Origin: Schmidtea polychroa
Lineage: Eukaryota
Reading direction: 5' to 3'
Length of the DNA: 64,000 bases
Assembly: GCA_044892525.1 (NCBI GenBank)
Contig: CM097886.1
Span: 15,810,001 to 15,874,000, forward strand
The translations under genes and the position numbers were made by a program. Positions 25,167 to 36,653 of this stretch are shown here, in pieces (within the stretch, counting starts at the first letter, position 1; each line of letters starts with the position of its first letter). The notes below the pieces were generated by a model, which was given only the letters and a program-made list of their open reading frames with translations, ran no database searches and was not told the origin of the DNA.

Positions 25167-27510
25167 TAATCAATATTTTATTTACTTTTGTTATCGGAAT
25201 ATTCACTTGTGCCGGACGTCGGTACGAGAAAGATGCGGCGTATTGGTTGCGATTGAAAGCATTATTCATTACAGGTAATCGGCTAGAAGTTGAAGACGAT
25301 GAAACTAGATTTGAAGTTGAATTATTAACTAGAGAAATTGACGGAGAACTTCTGCCATTGGGAACACTATTGACTGAATTGTAAAGCGGATGTAAAGGTT
25401 TTTTGATTTGACAAATTTGAGGCTGAGAATAAGTTTGATGTTGATAATCAGTATTTCCCGGTTGTGAAATAGCCGGCTTAGTGATCGTTATAACTGGACT
25501 GGACGGAAGACTGACACTGCTTGGGACTGGAGATTTTGCCCGGGGAGCTTTTTTCTGATTTGTGTCGACATTGCATTCGAATGTTGACGAATTCATAGAG
25601 AGTGACATTGAATTCCTAGCACTTCTAGAATCTTCCTGATCAGTGTCGGGATTTTTAACACATGCGGCTTTTAATTCTTTCACCAACTCCTTAATTGTTG
25701 TAACGGCTTTTCCAGCATCTTTGAATCGGAAAACGAAATAACCTTCTCCCGTTGAACATTTTCTTCCAGCTTCCAATCGAAGAAGATCATTCTTAGCTCC
25801 GAATCTGAAATTTAATTGAAATTGTCAGCAATTTCTACAATCAAAATAATTCAGATCTAACATAACGGTTATGAAAAAGAAAATAAATAGTAAAAAATGA
25901 ATAACATGTCACGAGAGAGTTTGGTATGAAAATTGGTTCGTAAACTAAATTGAAGTTATAGATATTAATTTGTACATGAAACCTATTTTGTGAATGTATA
26001 GTATACATTTATGATTGTAACAGATTTCTGACACTTGATAACAACATAGCCACAAACTAGATCTTAATAAAACTTTGTTTTCACATTACACCGGTCACAC
26101 TTTTATTTATCACCTATATTTCTCCATTATCAGATGGGTCTCTCGATGCGTCTATAGCCAATAAACCATATACCATTAGAATGTATTAAAATCCAAATAT
26201 TCTCAAAAACTTGGATTCAAAAATTATTTTTAAAAACCTCGCAATTAATANNNNNNNNNNNNNNNNNNNNNNNNNNNNNNNNNNNNNNNNNNNNNNNNNN
26301 NNNNNNNNNNNNNNNNNNNNNNNNNNNNNNNNNNNNNNNNNNNNNNNNNNNNNNNNNNNNNNNNNNNNNNNNNNNNNNNNNNNNNNNNNNNNNNNNNNNN
26401 NNNNNNNNNNNNNNNNNNNNNNNNNNNNNNNNNNNNNNNNNNNNNNNNNNNAGTAAATCATAACAAGGGTTTCAACGAATATATCATAAACATCGAATTA
26501 AATGTTTTTCTAGGTAGAAATTAGTTTAATTAATTAATTTAAATTAATTTAAAAACTAATCTCTAATTTATAGGTTAAAAATTTGCTACAATTAAATAAT
26601 TGAAATTAATTAGAAATTATTCAAGACCAAATGTAAGGATCGAAAAAATACCGGCGAATAAAAATGTATGGGAATTCATGGAGAGCTTCATTGCGCTTGA
26701 TGTCGCACAATTCAATGCCTTCAGGATTCAATTTCATGATGTAGCTGCCCTTTATTCCCATCCTTCTTGAGTCCTCGGATTCCTCAATGCAAACTGTGTA
26801 AACATTGTCTAAATAGTGACTATGATGGCATGGTTGATACCAATTAACTCAGCCTACCGGAACTTGTTGATTCGTATACTTCATTATCGTCCATGGCAAA
26901 ATAGATTTCTTCGGATTTGTAACTGAGATACGATTGCGGAGAATTCGGAATGATGCTCGAGTTTTCGTCATTGTATTTGTTGGAATCAGGCGCGTTGGAT
27001 TTTTTCGTCAAAGTCGACATGATATCGTCAGACTCTTTCTTATCAGATAATTCTTTAGTTTGTCTATTGTTTTCTCGTTTGATTGTCGCATCCTTATCCA
27101 CATTATCTGTCAGTTTTGTGGATTTGATTTCGTTGTCTTTGTTTTTATAAATGTGTTCTCCCAACAAGCTGCACCATTTTGTCAGGTCTTCTTCGTGTTC
27201 AGGAATGAAGTACAGTTTTTTCGAATTTAAAATTCCCGATGGAATGAGTTTGATTGCGAATTTCTCTGTGTTGTAAAAGTTTACCGGCTTGATTTCACTT
27301 GACTTGAATTCTGATAGATTGCACAGGACTTTCAATCCAATTGATTGGTTTAGTTTAGATCGGTAAATGGTCGACACATTTGAGAAGTTAGAAATCCTGC
27401 TTTGGTTGTCATCTTTATCATCATTTGAATTGGAAATTGATGATAATTTTAGCATAGAAATTTGATTCTGTTTCAGAATTTGGGCATCGCAATAAATCCA
27501 ATCAATCTAA
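24172..27510 (-). CDS. Dok-like adaptor protein (PH domain, IRS-type PTB domain, tyrosine-motif tail); 5' end unresolved
   Basis: Exons about 27510-26858, 26808-26652, 25804-25186 and 24429-24172 splice in phase. PH-like end KKLYFIPEHEEDLTKWCSLL. PTB FPYIFIRRFG..LRLEAGRKCSTGEGYFVF resembles Dok WPY..LRRYG..FEAGRRC.SGEG.F.F. Tail has YDNIP and YDNVP. The first coding exon was not identified. Confidence 0.78.
24434..24535. repeat. Compound (TTA)n(GTA)n microsatellite in a Dok-like intron
   Basis: Seen directly. Similar (TTA)n tracts occur at about 25110-25165, 48420-48515 and 54865-54940. Confidence 0.95.
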
Positions 27511-28503
27511 TTCAGATCAAAAACTATTAAAATATCAACAAACTAATTCCATTACTTTTGCTTTTTTTATATAATTAGCTTTTATATAAACTCGAGAAGA
27601 TTTCATTTTTTCAATCAAGGTTTTAAAATAAATTAGATAATTTGAAAGATTAATTTAATGTAATAAAACAAAGTTTTTATTTATTAATTTTTATTTTAAA
27701 GATTTGCATTATAATTTCTTATTTATATATTGGACTTCAAAATGAAGTTTGTAGATAAAATTTGATTCTTATTAAATTAAATTAAATTTTGAGGATATTA
27801 TTGAAATTGTTTTCAAATATTACAGATATTGTCGAAAGCCGGAAGACAAAATGCTGAAATTCTGTCCAAAATAAGAAAGTAAGATAAAATCATACAATAG
27901 TTTAAAAAAATTTAAATTTTAAACTATTAAGTCACATTATGTATGCGATAAATTGAAGAAATTAGAGATTTTTTGACACGTCAAGTAAAAAGTCTGTTCA
28001 TATCACTAAATTTTTTTCATTAGAGTTAAGAAATAATGCAAGGCATAATTCATATTTTTTGTTATCAATAAAGTTCTTATTACATAATAAACTCTGATTA
28101 GTGTTCTTGAGAAAGAAGTTTGGCAGTAAGTTTAACCGCTTATTTATATTATAAAAAGAAAATTAAGAACTCACATGGACCCAAAAATAAACCATCCGGG
28201 TTCACAAAGATTTTGGTGGTAAGAATTAGCACTTGACCTTAATCCACTAATAAAGAAACAAAACCAGCTGTATTAAAATTCTTGTATATGATAAAAGACT
28301 TTCATCTAGAGTTAGTTCAACTGACCACGAGAAAATTTAAAATAAAGGGTGAATTATATTTTAAATTAATAAATTATTTTTGTTTTTTGACAAAATAATC
28401 TCGATTAATTATCCATTCAAATTTGAGTTAAATATTAAAGTAGAATAAATAATACTGTAGGATACTGTTGAGCTCATTGTACTTGTTCACTCGCCAATAA
28501 ATG

Positions 28504-28505
<2 letters not shown>

Positions 28506-28590
<85 letters not shown>
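28506..28590. repeat. (TA)n microsatellite
   Basis: About 42 TA units. Another (TA)n tract lies at about 42668-42720. Confidence 0.97.
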
Positions 28591-28591
<1 letters not shown>

Positions 28592-29159
28592 CCTACTGAT
28601 AATCGTGAAATACTCCAAATCACTGGAGCTAGGAATCTCGATGATCTTTCTGAGAGTAATTGATTAAACCGATTATCAGATCAGGTTCTTCTAATTAACT
28701 TTATCTTTACACCGAAAAATAATTTAAGCTCCAAAAGTTAGATTCATTATTTAAGCTTGTTATCATATAAAATCAGATTATTATAAACCTCAAAGTAAAT
28801 CTTTCAGTAAAATGCGTTTTATTACAAATAATTTCAATGATAAAGTGTATATTTTAAGAAATATATAAAGTTTTAAATTTTATTTGTAATTTTTTTACTT
28901 ATTAGAAAAAATAAATTTCATTTATTGAAAATAGTTTTGGTAGCTGTACCTGACGTCTAACATAATTTTTAATATATAAATTAATTTATTAGGATTATTT
29001 TTTTTAGATATAAATGGAATAAAACTTTGTGCTTTCATATTACATGAAAATAATTATAACTAAAATATTAATATTTAGTTGCGTAATCAATCGAGTATTA
29101 CTTAAATAAATATTTAATTGCTGAATTAATATTTTAATTATTTAATTGTTGCCACCACG

Positions 29160-29976
29160 ATTCATCTTGGTAATACACTCATAGCAAATATTCTGTAAAT
29201 AGACAACATAATATGTGAGAATNNNNNNNNNNNNNNNNNNNNNNNNNNNNNNNNNNNNNNNNNNNNNNNNNNNNNNNNNNNNNNNNNNNNNNNNNNNNNN
29301 NNNNNNNNNNNNNNNNNNNNNNNNNNNNNNNNNNNNNNNNNNNNNNNNNNNNNNNNNNNNNNNNNNNNNNNNNNNNNNNNNNNNNNNNNCATGACAATTT
29401 TATTGCACTGAATATCATAAGTTGTCTTTGAATGTAGTTTCGTTTCCGAATAACTTTCAGCCTCCAATTGCTTTCCACCAACTGCAACAGCTCGATGTCC
29501 AGCTACAAAGCCACTGGGATCAGTTTTGAATAATAACGGTTTGTCCATTTCAATATCATAGGATAATGCTATCATTGAACAACCTAATGGTCGCATCTCA
29601 GCCGATTGGGTGTAAAGCTGATTAATATCCGCAATACAACGACATATTATGTCACAAGGCGTTTCATATCCAATTTTAAATTAAAATCTAGCTGCTTCCA
29701 TTTGTGCACGACATACTTGAGATTGACAATCAGGGATCATACCAATCATAACACCTCTAGTACTTTCAGTACTTTCAATCTTGTAGCTGAACTCTTCTCA
29801 ATCATTTTATCTGGAACTTTTCTTTGTGTAGCTACTACACCACAATTATTGCCTCGAATACCAACGGAAAGCAGTCCATCTAAGGCAATTGCCTTAAGTG
29901 CATATTCGACTTGGAATAATCTCCCTTCAGGTGGCAAAATAATCTTCGCTTCCATATTTCCTTTCAGAATACACAA
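29160..29976 (-). pseudogene. PSMA6: Intronless, disrupted proteasome alpha-1 subunit copy
   Basis: PEGRLFQVEYALKAI..TQRKVPDK and ADINQLYTQSAEMRPLGCSMI..KTDPSG. There is a 1-nt frameshift near 29770, an in-frame TAA at 29681-29683 and a degraded N-terminus. An N gap spans 29223-29389. Confidence 0.82.
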
Positions 29977-30040
29977 ATTAAATCAAATCGCAAATTCGAA
30001 AAACAATGGCTACACACTTCCAGAACTGATTCCTTGATTC

Positions 30041-30130
30041 GAATAAACAAAAACTTATTTTCTACCAAAATCCTTAAAATTCATAAAACAGTGAAACAAT
30101 AAACCTACTTCTCGCGTCTGTGTGCGCACA
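30041..30130. repeat. Direct repeat R, copy A (88/90 identical to copy B)
   Basis: GAATAAACAAAAACTTATTTTCTACCAAAATCC...CTACTTCTCGCGTCTGTGTGCGCACA. Overlaps a 16-bp inverted repeat (30112-30127 and 30157-30172). Confidence 0.95.
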
Positions 30131-30215
30131 CCAACAAAATTCGGTCAAATCATACCGCGCACACAGACGCGAAACAAAGATTTTCCCAATAATATTTCCC
30201 ACGGGTCTGCCACTC

Positions 30216-33082
30216 TTAATGTGTCCATTCTCTGGAGAATTCACCCTTCTGATCTTCCAGAATCAATGATACCCCCGCATCTTCAATTTCTTCACTAGTA
30301 AGGTCTTTATTTTGCCGTTTCATTTTTTCTTGTTTAAGGTTTTCGACGAATCTATTGAGCCAAGCCCTCGTGCGGACCAGTCTTCGCCAGTTAGAATAGG
30401 TCCTTGGATTTAAGCAACTCGTCTTCCACACTGGTTCGGAATCATTCTTTGTCGTAGTAAGGTAAGAGCTCTGAGTCCAGTTCTGATTCTTGGTCTCTTG
30501 CAGTCGCTTGCTTCACCACCTTGGCCAACTCTCCTCCCCCTCCTGTAGAAACCTTGGTCCTTCAAACCACAACTTTGAATCTCTAAGTTCTTCAGCTCGC
30601 ATTCCCCTAGATAGAAAATCCGCGACGTTTTCCTTTGTGGGCACATACCTCCATTGTGAGCTCCTTGTCGAACGCTGAATTTCCGCGACCCTGTTCGCTA
30701 CAAATACTTTACAATTACAACCTAATTGCGTTATCCAATGCAAAATGTCTTCACTATCCGTCCAGAAGATGATGTCTTGGATATTGGTCTTCCAACATTG
30801 AGATATCTTAAGTCCCAATCTCACCCCTAATTCTGCTGCCAACAGCTCCAGGCGTGGAATGCTCACTACCTTGATCGGCGCTACTCTAGATTTAGCCGCG
30901 ATTAGGTTCGTTCTGACTCTTTCCTCTTGACTCTCTCTGACGTAAGCTACGGCCCCATATGCGCATTTTGACGCATCTACAAAAACGTGAATCTTAGACT
31001 CACTATTTGCGTCTCTAATTAAACATCTTCCACATCTGACTGCATTTAAGGTTGGGAACTCTTTCAACCACCTCTCGACCTTTCTCCATAAATCTTGTGG
31101 TAATAAGTCATCCCAATCCAAACCCGCTAACCAAATCTCTTGCATCAACAACTTACCCCTGATCAGAAAGCTTCCTGATAAGCCCAAAGGGTCAATTATC
31201 CTCACTAAGCAACTCACAAATCACCGTTTCGAGAGCCATTGTTGGGTTGGAGGTTTGACATCGTAACCAAATTCATCTTCCGCCGCAATCCAAACGAGCC
31301 CAAGAGTATTTACTGCTACCTGGTTTCCATCGTTCAGGCTTAACAGCTTTGATATCCTTTCCACAGGAATCGTTTCTAACACCTTTTTTTCATTGGTGAG
31401 CCACTTGTTTGTTAGCATTCCTGCGTGTTCCCAGATATCATTTATTTCGTCCTTGACCCTAATTGCTTCCTCCGCCGACTGAAAGGAATCCATCGTATCA
31501 TCCATGTACGTGGACTCTATTATTGTTTCCGCCGCCATTGGAAACTTCTCCTGAAACCTCTCAGCGTTCTGCCTCGTGACCAACTGCGCCAGAAACGGAG
31601 ATATATTTAGTCCGAAAACTAGTCTTTCGAATTCAAATCCCTCAGTTTCTCCATTTTCAACCCACATGAACCTTAAATATTTCCTATCATCCGGGTTCAC
31701 CTTTATTTGTAAATACATCTCTTGTATATCACAAGCAATCGCTACAGGATATCTTCTGAATCACAACAATATCTCGAACAAATCATTTTGTAGCTTGGGG
31801 CCTTGTTCTATGGCATCATTTAAATTGAGACCATTGTTTTTCGCCGCTGCATCGAAGACTATCCTAATCTTGGTTGTTTCCTTGTTTATCCTTATCACTG
31901 GAAAATGTGGCAACCACTTCGTCTCACAAAACACCTTCTCCGCTAATACCCTGATATACCCTTTTCGCACATAATCATCAAGTACGTCTTTGTAACTTTC
32001 TTTTAACCGGTTGTCCTTCTTTAACCGTTTGTCTAGACTCGTCAAACGGTTCTCAGCCATTTTTACATTACCTTGAAGTTGGTACTTGTTCTCCTTCCAT
32101 AATAAACTAACCGTAAAACGCCCACCCTCGCACGACCTTCCTTTGATCGCCTTTTGCATTAACAATACTTCATTTTGGCTAAACTGGTTCTTCTCAACGA
32201 ACGTCTCCTCAATTTCCCAAAATTGCCGTATCTGATCTTCCAATCTCTCTGTTTTCGAGAAATAGCACTGCGAAAGGTGCGAATGCCGAGGGGATCCTTC
32301 ATTACTGATTTTGCCAAGGCATGTCCATCCCAGAGGCGTCAATCTAGCGACCGGCTCATCCATCGCTCCTACTACTTCTCGAATCGATCTATGCAAGTGT
32401 GGATAATCTGGACCGATCAAAACATCAATATGTGGCCTTTTCCCTAACACTGGGAATCGAACATCTTTTAGGTGATTCCAATTACCGGCCCTTCCTTGCC
32501 AATTAAAGATCCGGGAATCACTAGCGATTTCTTTGACCACCAGGACGTCAAAGTCCATTTTCACTTTGTTATTGTCACTCGCCAGCGTAACTCTTGCCGG
32601 TTTTTCCTCTAACATCTCAGTCTTTCCCCCAATCACGCCAACTGGAACGTTTCTCCATTGTCCTCCAACCTCTAATTTCTCCGTGGCCCACTTGCTAATG
32701 TAACTTACGTTGCTTGCGTCATCAAGCAGCACATTCACCCGCACTTCTCTACCGTCTCTAATCAACTTGACTGGAATCGTCCTCAAAGGGATATACTTCT
32801 TTTCACCGCGCTCTTCGCGACAAGTTACCATTGACATGTTTTCATTTATCACCTTCACTTGACTATCCTCAGCTTTGCAATCTGAATCATGCAAAAGGAA
32901 ATGATGCTTTGTTTTGCAACTTTTATCCTTACAGAAGCTGGACCTCTCGCAGTTCCTGGCGAAGTGGCCTCCAGCTAAGCAGTTAAAACAAAGTCTTAAC
33001 TCTTTGACAAGCTCGTTTCGTGCAGCTACCTTTAATTTTAAAAGTTCCGGACACTGGTTCAAGTAATGTTCAGATCCACATT
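30216..33082 (-). mobile_element. BEL/Pao LTR-retrotransposon internal fragment (gag Zn knuckles, protease, RT, RNase H; no integrase)
   Basis: CFNCL..H...C knuckles, protease LLDDASN, RT motifs WLPHFPVI..TTKIRIVFDAAAK, RLVFGLNISPF and YMDD, RNase H FVDASKCAYG..AKSRVAP..PRLEL and WRYVPTKENVAD. A single reading frame interrupted by three TGA codons. Confidence 0.95.
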
Positions 33083-33172
33083 GAATAAACAAAAACTTAT
33101 TTTCTACCAAAATCCTTAAAATTCATAAAACAGTGAAACAAAAAATCTACTTCTCGCGTCTGTGTGCGCACA
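33083..33172. repeat. Direct repeat R, copy B
   Basis: Same orientation as 30041-30130. The hairpin region is collapsed to TCTGTG-TGCG-CACAGA. Confidence 0.95.
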
Positions 33173-35305
33173 GATGCGAAACAAAAAGAAACGCGAAACA
33201 GACTGCCAGTCAGAGGTAAGTGACATTCNNNNNNNNNNNNNNNNNNNNNNNNNNNNNNNNNNNNNNNNNNNNNNNNNNNNNNNNNNNNNNNNNNNNNNNN
33301 NNNNNNNNNNNNNNNNNNNNNNNNNNNNNNNNNNNNNNNNNNNNNNNNNNNNNNNNNNNNNNNNNNNNNNNNNNNNNNNNAAAGTGAAGTAGAAGAAGAT
33401 ATAATATAAGATGATTAATTTTAATTTCCATTTTAATTACCATTATTCTTTCTTTTTAAAATGCATATCAACATTTTTATAAATACTAATATGAAAACAT
33501 ATGAAAAATAAAAGAAGGTTGATATAACTTTGAATTTAATATTTAATTAGTCTTTGCATGATTTACTTCTGTGGAATATGGATATTTGCACTTCATTAAC
33601 AACTACTAAAATATAAATGTTTTTAAACCGGGGCAATAAATCATTCAAACTTCTGTTTCTTCAGTGGCAATAATAGGTCTGCGTAACAAATTTCTAGAAA
33701 ATCAACATTTTGGATTCCAAACACAGGTTCGCTTTTTGTTAAGAGGCGTCTTTTGATTGAATTCGGTCTGTAACAAGAAATTACTATGGAGTCATTTTAA
33801 AAATCTGTATTGGGACAGATGTGGTGCTTGTATATTATTAATCAAATAATTGGAGTGTGTGCGTTTGTGCAGTTTGTTTGAAACCCAAAAAATAATAATG
33901 TAATAAATTTATGTAAAAATTAAATACTTTGAATATCCTTCAAATGGTTGCAATGAATATTTCACAAAATAATTCTTTCAGATTTGATCCATTCATTTAC
34001 CTATTCATTCTCGACATGAGTTATTAGGAAACGAAATATTCTTTTCCAATTTATTTTTAAAATTTTCTCGAATAATTTTCAATTTACCTAACTTATAAAC
34101 AATTTTTTTTTATATATTTATCAATTTTTCAATTATTTTGTTGAATTGATATTATTTTTAGGTGGAGCATAATATTCTCGATCAGAATAAGAAACTCAAC
34201 ATAATAAATTTTATTTTGTACTAAAAAACAACAATTGTTTGTATTTTTAAAAGATTAAAAAATTAAAAGATTTCGCTTGATATTAGGGGCAGGTTTACGT
34301 TCTGAATATTGCTTCTCGACATTTCGCTTTTGTTTAACCACTTGGCTGCTTTCTCTCTTCTATCGTTATGGAAATTCGACAGTGTTTTTCACTTTTTTTG
34401 TAGTGCTTTTGGGATATTAACAAATTTTAGATAGGCATTTTGTCTCGATCTGTTATCAAAACCAATAATCGAATCCTAACATAATAACTTTTGCCGATAC
34501 TAGTAGATCGTTATGTGTCCTCCAGATCCATGTGCACTCCAGATCCAGCTACCCCCCCCCCATTTTTTCAAAGAAATTTTTAAAGATCCTCCTACTTTTT
34601 TCTTTTTAATATAAATTTTTGTTTTAATTATCGATTACGTAATAATTTAATTTTATTTAAATTATTTATTGCATAATAATTTTAATTTTTGTTTTATTTA
34701 TCGATTACGTAAAAATTTAATTTTGTTTAAATTATTTATTGTGTAATAATTTTAATTTTTGTTTTAATTATCGATTATGTAATAATTTTATTTAAATCAT
34801 TGATTACATCATAAATTTTAATTTTTTATAAGACTTTTTTATGTCAATATACTTGAAATTTAATTCCCTATTAAATGAGACTATGATGTAATCAAAATTC
34901 TGAAATTTTATTTTTAGTACACCATTTTTGAATTTACACATCTTTTTAAACAAATCTTTCTCATTCATTCCTTCATCTTTATTGAAATATTTACAAACCA
35001 ACATGTTTTAGTTACAAAAATAGTTATCAATAAATCGAGTAAGGGTAGGAAATTATTTAGAATCAATAAGTAATACACAGACCTTAGTGTAATAAATGCT
35101 AATACATACTACAATAAACCTACTCACATGCGTATAAATATATTAAAAACGCACATATTAGCATTATTATTCAATACATACAAGTCATAGAGGTCAATCA
35201 CATACTAACCAACCAAAATCATTCATTGATATTGCATCTTTATTGCATATGAGTGATATCAAAACTGTAAAATTCATTACATCATTAAATTATCTTCTAT
35301 TACAG

Positions 35306-36653
35306 CAGGGGTGTCAAAATCGGTTTATACACCCGTTTCCACATGTTAAAAGTCTCTATAATGCATGTTGGTGTGTTCATCTATCGATGACTCACCATTT
35401 ATGAGAATGTTTATTTCATTTTTTCATTCTCAATTCAATTTTATTTATGGTTTCAGAAGTAAGTTTTTTAAATTTAAGTATATTTTAAGGCTTGAATTTT
35501 GATTTCATATAATTATGAGATCATTATTCAAGCTCTTAAATATTACTTGTAATCAGCATTTATAATATATTTATAATATATTGATAATTAAATTTCAGGT
35601 GCTTTTTTAGGTATTTTATGATATGTTATGAATTTGGAATTATTTCAATAAAATGTAAGTTATATATATTTTTAACTAAAAAGAAATAAAATAATCACCA
35701 AAAACATTTATTTTTTTAAAAAATAATGGTTCCAATCGATTTTTTGGAGATTCCCAGTAATCTTCCAAAATCTTTATAATTTTCTCCATTTTCATATGCA
35801 TTGATGAGACGGATTTTGTCATTTTCTGAAATTCTTTGAAAATATTATTTTTTTTTAGTTATTAAAATTTACGATTTTCGAATTTTTTTCTTCAATTCCA
35901 AAGATGTCAATGGAACTTGTTGAATATCTTCACACAAAGGCGTTTGACTAGAAATATCTGATATGCTGTAAAATATTTTAATTATTTGTAATTAAATAAA
36001 AAAATTCTTACATTGTCAGATCTTCACCTTCGCAAAATGGAAATGTCTCCAAAGAAATAATTGAAAATCTAAAGAAATATTAACTTCAAAAATATTTTAT
36101 AAATAGATCTTACGATGTTTTGTCGTCCATTTCTCAAAAACTCAAAGTTGAGTTGTCAGATTCAAAATCCAAATTTTTTTCAGCCATGAATTTTAATAAT
36201 TTTAAATTAATGATATGTTAACAGTATGTTAATGACTCTCTACTTTCGGAACAAAAAAACCTATATTAAATTTGCGTGTATTTTATATTATGTGTCCTGT
36301 GTTTGTATGAAAAATTATTTTTCTGTCACTTTCTCAATTCCTATAATAAAACTTTCTACATTCGGAACATTAAATTTTTGCACACAGGTAAGTTTGTGTG
36401 TTGCTATAATATAATTTTATCGATTTTTTTTTAGATTATAGAAACTCTTATATTGTGGAAACGGGTGTACAGAGGGTCACATTTACTATTATTGCACATC
36501 ATGTGGGCCGCATAATATATTTTTCTGATACATACATACACATACACATATATCCTATTTTTAGGCGGTAAATTATCAATAACCTGTAGTGGGCCGAAAA
36601 GTTATACGTTGTGTGCCGCATGCGGGCCGCGGGCCGCAAGTTTGACATATCTG
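35306..36653. mobile_element. Non-autonomous hAT (Buster type) nested in the long-TIR element
   Basis: TIRs CAGGGGTGTCAAA and TTTGACATATCTG. Perfect TSD TATTACAG. GGGCCGC subterminal repeats. Confidence 0.88.
35330..36467. mobile_element. TA-flanked DNA transposon nested in the hAT element, unclassified
   Basis: TIRs CACCCGTTTCCACA and TGTGGAAACGGGTG, with TA on both sides. Confidence 0.72.

Noticed and set aside
30041-33172. R as a spliced-leader exon, or as ordinary paired LTRs of a complete element
   Set aside because: Flatworm spliced leaders end in ATG and R does not. The internal part lacks the gag start, integrase and a clear polypurine tract, so a canonical provirus is not supported.
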